Positions 48,097 to 57,663 of a stretch of 64,000 nucleotides of DNA are shown here, piece after piece. The DNA comes from Candidatus Marinacidobacterium sp. (GTDB lineage: Bacteria; Acidobacteriota; Vicinamibacteria; Marinacidobacterales; Marinacidobacteraceae): contig OZ242011.1 in assembly GCA_965204755.1 (NCBI GenBank), positions 2,624,001 to 2,688,000 of the forward strand, written 5' to 3'. The notes below the pieces were generated by a model. That model was not told the origin of the DNA, did no database searches, and saw only the letters and a list, made by a program, of their open reading frames with translations. The stretch's first letter is position 1. Every line of letters begins with the position of its first letter. The position numbers and the translations under genes are program-made.

Positions 48097-48924
48097 TTAC
48101 TCGGCTTCGACCGGGTTGCGGAGCGTTCCTACGCGTTCGATTTCGACTTCCACGAGGTCGCCGGGTTTCAGGTAGAGGGGCGGTTTCCGGGCGGCGCCGA
48201 CGCCGGAGGGGGTGCCGGTGGCGATGACATCGCCGGGCCGGAGCGGGGTGATGCGGGAGAGGTAGGCGATGAGTTCCCGCACCGGGTAACTCATCCGGGA
48301 GGTATGGCTCCGCTGGACGACTTCGCCGTTCAGCCGGGTTTCGATGGAGAGCGCCTGCGGGTCGGGGATCTCGTCGGCGCTCGCGATCCAGGGGCCGAAA
48401 CCGCCGGTGCGGTAGAAGTTCTTCCCGGGGCCGAACTGGGTGCTGTGGGCCTGGTAGTCGCGCACCGAGGCGTCGTCGAAGCAGGAATACCCGGCCACAT
48501 GGTCGAGCGCCCGGTCTTCCGGGATGTGGCGGCCGGGTTTGCCGATGACGACCGCGAACTCGCCTTCGTAGTCCAGTTTCTCCGAGACGCGGGGTCGCAG
48601 CAACGCCTCCCCGTGTCCGACGAGGCAGACCGGGAACCGGGTGAACAGGGTGGGGTAGTCGGCCTTGGCCTTGCCGGTTTCGATCCGGTGGTCCTCGTAG
48701 TTCAGCCCGACGCACCAGATGGCTCCAGGGCGGGGGATCGGCGGGGCGAACCGCGCCCCGTCCAGCGGCGCCCCGGCGGCCCAGTCCGGTTCCGACTCCG
48801 GGAGCCCCCCGTCGAGCCGCGCCCGGAGCGGGCCGTCACCGGGCAGCCGGACGAACCGCTCCCCGTCGGACGAGATGGCGACCGGCGTCTCCGCGCCGGC
48901 GAGGAGGAGTGTTGCGAATCTCAT
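48097..48924 (-). CDS. Fumarylacetoacetate hydrolase family protein
   Basis: CVGLNY.DH, LDYEGE, DASVRDYQ, GKNF and PGDVIATGTPSGVG. Confidence 0.93.
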   Translation of the reverse strand: MRFATLLLAGAETPVAISSDGERFVRLPGDGPLRARLDGGLPESEPDWAAGAPLDGARFAPPIPRPGAIWCVGLNYEDHRIETGKAKADYPTLFTRFPVCLVGHGEALLRPRVSEKLDYEGEFAVVIGKPGRHIPEDRALDHVAGYSCFDDASVRDYQAHSTQFGPGKNFYRTGGFGPWIASADEIPDPQALSIETRLNGEVVQRSHTSRMSYPVRELIAYLSRITPLRPGDVIATGTPSGVGAARKPPLYLKPGDLVEVEIERVGTLRNPVEAE

Positions 48925-48951
48925 GGAGCGCGGATGCTATCTTCCTCCGTC

Positions 48952-50271
48952 ATGAGTACCGAACCCACGGCGCGCAAGGAGCACGTCGTCATCCGCAGCG
49001 AAAATCGAATCCGGTTTCTCGGGCGGGTGAACACTCGAGCCCATCGCGAATTTCTGTACTGTTTGTCGAACGGCGTCGAGCGCGGTTACAAGGACTTCGT
49101 CCTCGATTTCGCCGCCAGTGAACGGGCGTACCTGTGGGGGATGCTTCCCCTGCTTGCCGATGTGGAGCGGCTGCGGCGCGAGCATGTATCCGTCGAAGTC
49201 GTCTTGCCGACGGAGCCGAATTGCCGGCGCCTCTTTCTGAAGACGAATTGGGCGCACTATCTCGACCCCGCCCACTACGAAAAGGTGCATGCGGACCTCG
49301 TTTACACCGGGTACGGTCGCCATGTTCCGGCCCACCGCTTCACCGACGGAACGACTCAAAAAGCCTTGGTGGACGCCTCCTTGGATGTCCTCATGAAGAA
49401 TCTCCGGCTGGATCGCGTCTCCCTTCATGCATTGGAGTGGTCGCTGAACGAGATTACGGACAATGTCTTGAACCACGCGGAATCTCCGGACGGCGGGCTC
49501 GTCCAAGTGAATACCTTCTCCGAGGGGCTACGGGTTGAGATCGGTGTCGCAGACTCCGGTCAGGGTGTTCTTGCTTCCCTGCGACAAGGACATTCGCATC
49601 TCCGTACGCACGAAGAGGCGCTCTACGAGGCCATGAAGCCCGGCACGACCCGCGATCCGCGGGTTGGGCAGGGCAACGGGATCTGGGGCACGATGAGCAT
49701 TGCCAAGGCGTCCGGCGGTAGTTTCGAGATCACTTCGGGCTCGGCCGAACTCAAGGTGTCACAAGACGAGGTGAGACCGTACAAACGCTCTCGGCGATTG
49801 AGTTTCTGCGGCACCTTCGTTCGGGCCGATTTCCGGCTCGACTCCGGGGCTGCGTTCGAAGAAGTCTTGGGAGTGCCGGGAAGCCGCGCCGATCTCATCG
49901 AAACTTCGTATGAAACCGACGACGGTGACGCCGTGGTCCTGCGGCTCAATCGGGAGTCGTCCGGATTCGGCACCCGGTGGGCCGGGCGGGAGTTGCGGAC
50001 GAAGTGCCGGAACCTCCTCGACGCCGCGCCGGAGAAACCGCTGTTGCTGGACTGGGAGGGAATCGCCCTCGTGTCCAGCAGTTTCGCGGATGAACTCATG
50101 GGCAAACTGTTCGTGGAACTCACGCCGCTGGCGTTCGCGGCGAGGGTCCGCAGCAAGGGGATGGAGCCGCTCGTCCGCGGGCTCGTGGACAAGGCGATCC
50201 TGCAGCGGGCGGCGCAGGCCGCGGCGGAGAACGACGCGGCTTCCGGCGGGACGGAATCCGGCGCGCCCTGA
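48952..50271 (+). CDS. STAS-like - HATPase - DUF4325(STAS-like) protein
   Basis: EITDNVLNHA, ADSGQG and GQGNGI GHKL boxes; C-terminal LLDWEGIALVSSSFADELMGKL. Confidence 0.8.
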   Translation: MSTEPTARKEHVVIRSENRIRFLGRVNTRAHREFLYCLSNGVERGYKDFVLDFAASERAYLWGMLPLLADVERLRREHVSVEVVLPTEPNCRRLFLKTNWAHYLDPAHYEKVHADLVYTGYGRHVPAHRFTDGTTQKALVDASLDVLMKNLRLDRVSLHALEWSLNEITDNVLNHAESPDGGLVQVNTFSEGLRVEIGVADSGQGVLASLRQGHSHLRTHEEALYEAMKPGTTRDPRVGQGNGIWGTMSIAKASGGSFEITSGSAELKVSQDEVRPYKRSRRLSFCGTFVRADFRLDSGAAFEEVLGVPGSRADLIETSYETDDGDAVVLRLNRESSGFGTRWAGRELRTKCRNLLDAAPEKPLLLDWEGIALVSSSFADELMGKLFVELTPLAFAARVRSKGMEPLVRGLVDKAILQRAAQAAAENDAASGGTESGAP

Positions 50272-50492
50272 GCGGCCTCGTCCGTCCCCTCTCCGCCCCC
50301 ACTCGCGGCGCCTCCGAGCCCGCTCCGTTCGGGCGGAGCCCGCCGGCGACCGGCCTTCCGCGCCCGTCAACCGCTCGCGCCGCGAAGCCGGCGATACTTC
50401 CCGGCTTCCCGCCCGCCCGCGGGTCTCCGACCCGCCGCTCTCGAACCGGCCCGCCCGACTTTCCTCTGCGCTCGCGCACCGACTCCCCGACC

Positions 50493-52256
50493 ATGCTCCC
50501 GCTCCGTTCCCGAACCGCCCGACTCCCCGCCGCCCTCCTCGCGTTCGCCGCGCTCGCCGCCTGCGGGGGTGGGCCGCCGCCGGATGGGGGGCCCGCCGAC
50601 CTGGTGCTCCTCGGGGGCCGGGTGGTCACCGTTGACGACGCGGTTCCGGAAGGAGAAGCGCTCGCTGTCCGCGGCGACCGGATCGCCGCTGTCGGTTCCA
50701 CCGGCGACATCGAGCGGTATGTCGGCCCGGGCACCGAAGTGATCGAACTCGACGGCCGGCTGGCCATCCCCGGGTTCATCGAGGGCCACGGCCACTTCAT
50801 GGGCGTCGGCGACGCGCAGATGATCCTGAAGTTGGGCGAATCGGAGAACTGGAACCGCATCGTGGCCCTCGTCGCCGAAGCCGTCGCCGAAGCCCCGGCC
50901 GGCGCGTGGATCGAAGGCCGCGGCTGGCACCAGGAGAAGTGGGACGAAATCCCGCCCGGCGCGGTGGAAGGGCTGCCGCACCACCTCGGCCTCTCCGAGA
51001 TCTCCCCGGAGCACCCGGTCTTCCTCCGCCACGCCAGCGGGCACGCCGCGTTCGCCAACGCGCTCGCCATGGAACTCGCCGGGATCACCGACGAAACGCC
51101 CGACCCGCCCGGCGGCACGATCGTCCGCGGCGCCGACGGCCGGGCCACCGGCGCGCTGCGCGAAACCGCCCAGCGCCTGGTGGCCCGCGCGCGCGACCGC
51201 GCCCTCGCCGAACGGAGCGAGGCCGAGATCCGCGCCGAGCGGGAACTCCAACTCGAACTCGCCGCCGAGGAATCGCTGCGGAAGGGCGTAACCAGTTTCC
51301 AGGACGCCGGCTCCTCGTTCGAGACCATCGCCTTCTTCCGGGAGATGGCCGAAGCCGGGCGGCTCCCGCTCCGGCTCTATGTGATGGTGCGCGGGGAATC
51401 GAACGAAGAGATGGACGCCCGCCTCCCCGACTACTTCCTGGAGAACCACGCGAACGGTTACCTCACCGTCCGCTCGATCAAGCGGGTGGTGGACGGCGCG
51501 CTCGGCGCGCACGGCGCCTGGCTGCTCGCGCCGTACGAGGACATGCCCTCGAGCGAGGGCCTCGTCATCGAGGAACTCGCGGACATCGAAGAGACCGCCC
51601 GCCTCGCCATCCGCCACGGCTTCCAGGTGAACACCCACGCCATCGGCGACCGGGGCAACCGGGAGATCCTCGACCTCTACGAGCGCGCCTTCGCCGAAGC
51701 GGGCGTGGACGGACGGGGCCTCCGCTTTCGCATCGAACACGCGCAGCACCTCGACCCGGACGACATCCCCCGGTTCGGCGAACTGGGCGTGATCGCTTCG
51801 ATGCAGGCGGTCCACGCCACCTCGGACGGCCCCTGGGTGCCGGAGAAACTCGGCGAACGGCGCGCCCGCGAGGGCGCTTACCCCTGGCGCGCGCTCCTCG
51901 ACAGCGGCGCGGTGGTGACGAACGGCACCGACGCCCCGGTGGAGGATGTGGACCCGATCGCCAGTTACCACGCCTCGATCACCCGCGAACTCGCCGACGG
52001 CAGCCGGTTCCATCCGGAGCAGGCGATGACCCGCGAGGAAGCGCTCCATTCCTACACGCTCGCGAACGCCTGGGCCGCCTTCGAAGAGGAGGTCAAGGGG
52101 AGCCTGACCCCGGGCAAGTACGCGGACATCGTGGTGCTCGACCGGGACATCCTCGCCGTCCCCGAAGACGAAGTGCGGGATGCCCGCGTCACCCTCACCA
52201 TCGTCGGCGGCCAAGTCCGCTACCGCGCCGAAGACGCCGCCGCCGAAACTCGGTAA
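50493..52256 (+). CDS. Amidohydrolase_3 (YtcJ-like) lipoprotein
   Basis: LAAC lipobox, PGFIEGHGH, HAIGDRGN, RIEHAQ, GTDAPV and GSLTPGKYAD. Confidence 0.92.
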   Translation: MLPLRSRTARLPAALLAFAALAACGGGPPPDGGPADLVLLGGRVVTVDDAVPEGEALAVRGDRIAAVGSTGDIERYVGPGTEVIELDGRLAIPGFIEGHGHFMGVGDAQMILKLGESENWNRIVALVAEAVAEAPAGAWIEGRGWHQEKWDEIPPGAVEGLPHHLGLSEISPEHPVFLRHASGHAAFANALAMELAGITDETPDPPGGTIVRGADGRATGALRETAQRLVARARDRALAERSEAEIRAERELQLELAAEESLRKGVTSFQDAGSSFETIAFFREMAEAGRLPLRLYVMVRGESNEEMDARLPDYFLENHANGYLTVRSIKRVVDGALGAHGAWLLAPYEDMPSSEGLVIEELADIEETARLAIRHGFQVNTHAIGDRGNREILDLYERAFAEAGVDGRGLRFRIEHAQHLDPDDIPRFGELGVIASMQAVHATSDGPWVPEKLGERRAREGAYPWRALLDSGAVVTNGTDAPVEDVDPIASYHASITRELADGSRFHPEQAMTREEALHSYTLANAWAAFEEEVKGSLTPGKYADIVVLDRDILAVPEDEVRDARVTLTIVGGQVRYRAEDAAAETR

Positions 52257-52296
52257 CCCGGAAACGCAGCCCGCGCACCGGACACCAAACCCGCCC

Positions 52297-54138
52297 ATGA
52301 AACCCCCCTCCCGATCCAACCGCCTGGCGGCCGCCGCCGCCGCCCTCTCGCTCGCCTCGGCGGCTATCGCCTCCGCCCAGTGGACACCGGAGCCCGACCT
52401 GATCCTCCGGGGCGGCGAAATCCGCACCGTGGACGCCGAGGACTCCATCGTCGAAGCCCTCGCGGTGAAGGACGGCCGCCTCGTCGCCGTCGGCGCCGCC
52501 GCGGAAGTCAGCGCCCTCGCCGGCCCGGCGACCCGCATCGTCGAGTTGGACGGCCGCACGGTCATACCCGGCCTCCAGGACTCCCACATCCACTTCCTGC
52601 CGCTCGGCCTCGACATCACCACCGGCGTCGAACTCAGTTACGCCGAGTCCGCGGAAGAGATCGCGGAAGGCGTCCGCTCCCGGATCGCCGAGTCCCGCAT
52701 TCCCCCGGGGGAATGGGTGGTCGGCCGAAGGTGGGACCAGCACAAGTATCCGGTCATGGTCACCCGCCGGCAACTCGACGAAGCCGCGCCGGACAATCCG
52801 GTCGCGCTCTACCGCGTGTACCGCGGCGTCGCGGTGAACACGGAAGTATTCCGCCGGATGGGGATCGAGGACGGCGACTCCTCCACCTGGCCGGACTGGT
52901 GGCTGGAAGACCCCGCCGACTTCACCTTCGAGGACCAGATCCTCCGCGAGCCCCGCGAACTTGTCGTGGACGGGGAAACCGTGACCCGCGAAGTCCCGAC
53001 CGGCGTTTTCCTAGGCAGCCGGGCCTCGCGCCTGGTCACCGAACGGCCGCCGCCGAACGACTTCGAGGACGAAGTGGAGAGCGTCCGGCTGGGCGTGGCG
53101 GAGTTGCTCTCGCTGGGCATAACCGCGATCGTCGACCCCTCCTCGCGGATGGGCCACCACATGAAGATCTACCAGGAGGCGGCGAACCGGGGCCACCTGC
53201 GCGTGCGCATCGCCGCGGTGTACGAAGGCACCTTCAACACCCACCCGCCGGAGGAGATCGCCGGCTACCTCGGCGCGCTCCGCGTCAACAACCTGGGCGA
53301 CGACTTCCTCCGCTGGCGCGGCGCGAAGGTGTACGGCGACGGCGGCGTGGGCACGCGCAGCGCCTGGATGTCCGAGCCGTTCCACATGTGGGAGGAACTC
53401 GAAGGCGAGGAGAACCTCGGCAACCCGGTCGTCCGCGACTACGACCTGCGCGAGGCGCAGTACCGGGCGATCCGCTCCCACGGCTGGGACCTCCATACCC
53501 ACAGTTGCGGCGACCGGGCGATGCGCCAGACGGTGGATCTCTACAAGGTCCTCCTCGACGAACTCGCCGCCGAAAGCGGCGGCGAACTCCCCGACCTCCG
53601 CTGGAGCGTCATCCACGCGTACTTCCCCATCGAACCGAAGACGCGCGTCCTCGACGACATGGCGCGTTACGGCATCGTCGCCGCCACGAACCCGGTGTTC
53701 AACTGGCAACAGGGCTTCTCGTTCGCCACGAACTCCGGCCCCGCCCGCATGGCCCGGCTGCAGCCGTTCCGCAGTTACATGCGCGGCGGCGTCGTCATGG
53801 CCTCCGGCTCCGACTACGGCGTGACCACCCACGACCCGTGGATGGGGTTCTACGCCCTGCTCACCCGCAGGGACCAGAAGTCCGGCCTGGTCTTCGGCGA
53901 AGACGAGACGGTCACCATCGCCGAGGCGCTGCGCTCCTACACGCTGAACGGCGCCTACCTCACCCACGACGACGACGAACGCGGCAGCCTCGAACCCGGC
54001 AAGAAGGCCGACCTGGTGGTGCTCGACCTGCCGAGCCTCGACCGACTGGCGGAAGACCCGGAACTCCTCTTCTCCATGCGCGAACGCATCGTCGCCACGC
54101 TGGTCGAAGGACGGGTCGAGCACGGCGCGCTGGAGTAG
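52297..54138 (+). CDS. Amidohydrolase_3 (YtcJ-like), exported
   Basis: Signal peptide, PGLQDSHIH, HSCGD, IHA, GSDY and GSLEPGKKAD. Confidence 0.92.
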   Translation: MKPPSRSNRLAAAAAALSLASAAIASAQWTPEPDLILRGGEIRTVDAEDSIVEALAVKDGRLVAVGAAAEVSALAGPATRIVELDGRTVIPGLQDSHIHFLPLGLDITTGVELSYAESAEEIAEGVRSRIAESRIPPGEWVVGRRWDQHKYPVMVTRRQLDEAAPDNPVALYRVYRGVAVNTEVFRRMGIEDGDSSTWPDWWLEDPADFTFEDQILREPRELVVDGETVTREVPTGVFLGSRASRLVTERPPPNDFEDEVESVRLGVAELLSLGITAIVDPSSRMGHHMKIYQEAANRGHLRVRIAAVYEGTFNTHPPEEIAGYLGALRVNNLGDDFLRWRGAKVYGDGGVGTRSAWMSEPFHMWEELEGEENLGNPVVRDYDLREAQYRAIRSHGWDLHTHSCGDRAMRQTVDLYKVLLDELAAESGGELPDLRWSVIHAYFPIEPKTRVLDDMARYGIVAATNPVFNWQQGFSFATNSGPARMARLQPFRSYMRGGVVMASGSDYGVTTHDPWMGFYALLTRRDQKSGLVFGEDETVTIAEALRSYTLNGAYLTHDDDERGSLEPGKKADLVVLDLPSLDRLAEDPELLFSMRERIVATLVEGRVEHGALE

Positions 54139-54212
54139 CGCCCCGCGCCGGGCGGCCGGCGCTCCCCGGCCCGCCTCCCGACCCCGCTGCCGGCGGGCGC
54201 TTCCGGGTGGAT

Positions 54213-54241
54213 TTGACACGGGCGTCCGGTTGGGCTAAAAA
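54213..54241 (+). promoter_or_regulatory. Sigma70-type promoter TTGACA-N17-TAAAAA
   Basis: Perfect -35 at 54213-54218, a 17-nt spacer and -10 at 54236-54241. Confidence 0.7.
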
Positions 54242-54296
54242 CGCGGTAACGGGCTGCGCCCGAACCGGAAACCCGCAGACACGAAGGAGGTCGGAG

Positions 54297-54398
54297 ATGA
54301 ACGCACCGCCGGACGACTCGCTTCTCCGGGCTCCGGCTGCCGGTTTTCGGGCCGGCGCCGGAGCCCGGAGAAACCCGGCCGATCTCCCGGGGTCCTAG
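54297..54398 (+). CDS. Putative 33-aa small ORF/leader peptide
   Basis: AAGGAGG SD 6 nt before the ATG, downstream of the promoter; contains a strong hairpin. Confidence 0.4.
   Translation: MNAPPDDSLLRAPAAGFRAGAGARRNPADLPGS
54322..54372. other. Strong stem-loop (16-bp perfect stem plus 5-bp inner stem)
   Basis: ttctccgggctccggc (54322-54337) pairs with gccggagcccggagaa (54357-54372). Confidence 0.85.
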
Positions 54399-54537
54399 TT
54401 CGACCGAGAGAGGCGGCAGCGGCGCCGATTCGGGCCGGCGGCGGGGCGAATCCCCCGACCACCGCCCGATCAGGTTTCGCACCGCGCGGAAGCCGGATGG
54501 CTTCAATCGGACATGCGAAGGGACTCCGGGAGTTTCC

Positions 54538-55761
54538 ATGTACGGCGGCGCCGGCGACCGCGCCGTTCCCCCCGATACCGACCCTGCGCGGGTAACCGGC
54601 CGCGCCGGCGGCCGCCGAGCCGCCGCGGCGATCCTCCCGCCGGCGCTCGTCTTGGCCGCGCTGGCCGCCGGCTGCGACGCCCGCCTCCACCTCTACATCC
54701 ACGGCGGCCGGGAGACCCTGCTCCCCGGCCGCGCCTACGGCGACGCCCTGGTCACCCAGGGCACGGTCGCCTCCGTGCCCCCCGGCCGCGCGCTTCCCCC
54801 GGGGGAACCGGCCCGCCGCTTCGTGCTCCGGCACCCGGCGCGCTTCCCCGACTGGAACGGCGCCTTGGTCATCGGCGCGCACCACGGTCTCGGCGGCATC
54901 CGCCGCGGCGCGGACGGCGAAGCGCTCGGAACCGGCGAAACCGCCCTCGACGGCCTGGTCGGCGCCTGGGCGCTGGAACGGGGATTCGCCTGGGCGAGTT
55001 TCGACCGCGCCGGGCTCGGCGCCGGGCCGGAGGCCTACCGCCTCACCGAGGCGTTCGCCCGCCTCATGTTCGAGCAGGTGCGCCCCCGCCTGGCGCAGGA
55101 GCCGGACCGCACGATCCTGCTCGGCTACGCCGAAGGCGGCGGCCTCGCCCGCTACGCCGCCGCCGCCGGGGACGAGACCTTCGACGGCATCGTCCTGGTC
55201 GCCGCCACGCTCGGCGACCCCGCCGGCGCGGCCCGCCGCCGCGAAGCGCGCCTCGCCCTCGGCATCGACTGGAACGCCCTCCCTTCGGACACGGGATCCG
55301 ACGACGTCCCGGCGAACGACGCCCTGCTGCGCGATCGCCCCGACCTCCGCGCCTACGCCGCCGCCGCCGGGATCGGCCTCGAAGGCCGGCGCTTCTGGCC
55401 GTTCCACGACGCCCGGGCCGCGGCCTACCCCGCTCCCGTGCTCCCCGCGCCCCCCGCCGGCCTCCTCCGCCCGGTGTTCGAAGTCGCGGGGACGCTCGAC
55501 GACTTCGTACTCCCCGAAGTCCTCGCCTACCGAGAGCGGGTGCAGGCCGCCGGCGCCGCCGCCCTCCACGACCTGCGCCTCGTCCCCGGCGCCTGGCGCG
55601 CGGGCCCGCGCGGCGACATCGCGGCCGAGTTCGCCGCCCGCGCCGAAGCCCTCGGCCTCGCCCCCCGCCACCGCGCCGCCCTCGCCACCGGCGCGCCCCT
55701 CGCCCCCGCCGTCCGCCAAGCCCTCACCGACCTCCACACCCGCCTCCGCTCCGGGGAGTAG
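54538..55761 (+). CDS. Hypothetical alpha/beta-hydrolase-like lipoprotein
   Basis: LAAGC lipobox, WNGALVIG, TILLGYAEGG, FDGIV and VAGTLDDFV. Start uncertain. Confidence 0.6.
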   Translation: MYGGAGDRAVPPDTDPARVTGRAGGRRAAAAILPPALVLAALAAGCDARLHLYIHGGRETLLPGRAYGDALVTQGTVASVPPGRALPPGEPARRFVLRHPARFPDWNGALVIGAHHGLGGIRRGADGEALGTGETALDGLVGAWALERGFAWASFDRAGLGAGPEAYRLTEAFARLMFEQVRPRLAQEPDRTILLGYAEGGGLARYAAAAGDETFDGIVLVAATLGDPAGAARRREARLALGIDWNALPSDTGSDDVPANDALLRDRPDLRAYAAAAGIGLEGRRFWPFHDARAAAYPAPVLPAPPAGLLRPVFEVAGTLDDFVLPEVLAYRERVQAAGAAALHDLRLVPGAWRAGPRGDIAAEFAARAEALGLAPRHRAALATGAPLAPAVRQALTDLHTRLRSGE

Positions 55762-55806
55762 CGAGCCCCCGGAAAACAGGCCGGTCTCCCTATACTGACT
55801 TCATTC

Positions 55807-56958
55807 ATGGCAAGGGGTTCGGGTAACGGGCCGTTCCGCCCCGGCGCAGGCGTTCCGCCGCCGGTCCTGGCCGGACGGGAGACCGAACAGGCGATGTTTC
55901 GCCGTACGGTGCAAGGCCTTTCGGCCCGGGTCCCGCCGCCGGCCGACGCCGTTCTGTACGGGCCGCGCGGCAACGGGAAGACCTCGCTTCTCGCCTGGTT
56001 GGCCGCCGAGGCGAAAGCGGTGCGCGGCGTGGACGCGCTCCTCTTGGATCCGTCGGAGATACCGGATACCGCGGCGCTGGCGGCGCGGCTCGCGCGGCGT
56101 CCGTTCCGGCGGCCGTTCGCGCCGGCCGAGACCACCGTTCGCGGAGTCACTTCGCAACGCTCCCCCGGTGAGGGGACGCGGTTGCTCCGTGAGACCCTGG
56201 AGCGGCGCGTTCGTCGGCGAGGTTCGATCCTGCTGTTCGACGAGGCGCACACCCTGCCGCCGGAAGTCGGGCGGCCCCTGCTGACCGTGAGCCAGCAGGT
56301 GCGGTCCCGCGGACTTCGATTCCTGTTGGTCTTGGCGGGCACTCCGGATCTTCGCGACCGGCTCGCGGAAACCGACGCCACCTTCTGGAATCGGAGCGAA
56401 ATCCACCCCATCGGGCGCCTGGGCGCCGAAGCCAGCGCGCAAGCGATTCGCGAGCCGCTTGCCGACGACGGGATCACGATTCCGGACGATGCGCTCGATC
56501 GCGTTCTGGCCGAATGCCACGGGTACCCCTTCTTCCTCCAACTCTGGGGTGACGCCTTGTGGAAGCGAGCCGACGCGGCGCGCCGCGACGGGGCCGCACC
56601 CGCGGTGACTGTCGAGGCCGTGGATCTCGCGGCTTCGGAGTCCGAGCGGCGGAAGCGCTTGTACTACCTCGACCGGTACCGCGAGATGGAGAAGGCTGAA
56701 CTGCTCGAGGTGGCCGCCTCGGTCGCGGAGGCCTTCGCAGAATCTCCGAAGGTCTCCTCGGCGCAACTTCGCGCGGCCATCGCCGCCGGGATCGGGGACG
56801 GCTCCGATCCCGCGCGCATCGACAGCGCCGAGACGACGCTGCGGCAGACGGGTTTCGTCTGGCGAGGGGGCGGCGACACCCGGTGGGAACCCGGAATCCC
56901 GAGTCTCATGGATTACATGCGGGAAGAAACCGCCAAGAACATCGTGGCGGCGCGGTAG
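55807..56958 (+). CDS. AAA_16-type ATPase
   Basis: PFRPGAG..PPVLAGRE, GPRGNGKT, LLFDEAH and GYPFFLQLWG. Confidence 0.88.
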   Translation: MARGSGNGPFRPGAGVPPPVLAGRETEQAMFRRTVQGLSARVPPPADAVLYGPRGNGKTSLLAWLAAEAKAVRGVDALLLDPSEIPDTAALAARLARRPFRRPFAPAETTVRGVTSQRSPGEGTRLLRETLERRVRRRGSILLFDEAHTLPPEVGRPLLTVSQQVRSRGLRFLLVLAGTPDLRDRLAETDATFWNRSEIHPIGRLGAEASAQAIREPLADDGITIPDDALDRVLAECHGYPFFLQLWGDALWKRADAARRDGAAPAVTVEAVDLAASESERRKRLYYLDRYREMEKAELLEVAASVAEAFAESPKVSSAQLRAAIAAGIGDGSDPARIDSAETTLRQTGFVWRGGGDTRWEPGIPSLMDYMREETAKNIVAAR

Positions 56959-57010
56959 CAGGCTCGCGCGTCCGAATCGGGGAGCCTCGAGGCGTCCCCG
57001 ACAGCGGGAA

Positions 57011-57529
57011 CTACGACGACAGGTAGCGGGATTCCAGGATGCGGCGGTGGTGGACGGCGTGGCCGACGGTGTGGAAGCAGAGCGCCCGCACGGTGAACTC
57101 GAAGCCGCTGGCCCGGCCGCGGCGGTCGAGGGCGGCCTCGTCGAACGACCGCATCAACGACACCGTGGCGCGGCGGACCGAGTCCAACTCGTCCACCAGC
57201 GACGCGAGGCGCCGAGCGCCGTGCCCGGCGGCGGCCGCGTAGTCGTCCTGCTCCATACCCGGCATCGGCGCGCCGTCCCCGCGGGCGAAACAGAGCGCTC
57301 GAACGGCCATGATCCGCTCCACATCGGCGATGTGGCCGACGACCTCCTTCACCGACCACTTCCCCGGCGCGTAGCCGCGCGAAGCCGCCTCGTCGGAAAC
57401 CCCGGCGAGCAACTCCCGCAGCGCCTCCATCTCCGCGAGCGCCGCCGCCGGCAAGTCGCCTTCCGGTACGAACTCGATGACATCGCGGTAGTAGGCCGCG
57501 CACTCGTCCGGCCCCGGTCGTTTCCACAT
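57011..57529 (-). CDS. DinB/YfiT family protein
   Basis: YAPGKWSVKEVVGHIADVERI and GHAVHH. Confidence 0.9.
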   Translation of the reverse strand: MWKRPGPDECAAYYRDVIEFVPEGDLPAAALAEMEALRELLAGVSDEAASRGYAPGKWSVKEVVGHIADVERIMAVRALCFARGDGAPMPGMEQDDYAAAAGHGARRLASLVDELDSVRRATVSLMRSFDEAALDRRGRASGFEFTVRALCFHTVGHAVHHRRILESRYLSS

Positions 57530-57575
57530 GGCCCGGCATCGTACCCGCCCGATTCGCTCCGCCCGCCGCGCGGCG

Positions 57576-57608
57576 CCGAACCGAACCGAACCGAACCGAA
57601 CCCGAACC
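57576..57608. repeat. Pentanucleotide microsatellite (CCGAA)5 plus one offset copy
   Basis: Directly visible in the divergent intergenic region. Confidence 0.9.
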
Positions 57609-57663
57609 GGCTCCCCGCCCGGCGGTACCATCCGGCGCCGCCCAGGAGGCCCGCCCCACGCCG

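Noticed and set aside
54322-54372. Rho-independent terminator or tRNA
   Set aside because: No U-tract follows the stem on either strand, and no cloverleaf or T-loop context was recognised.
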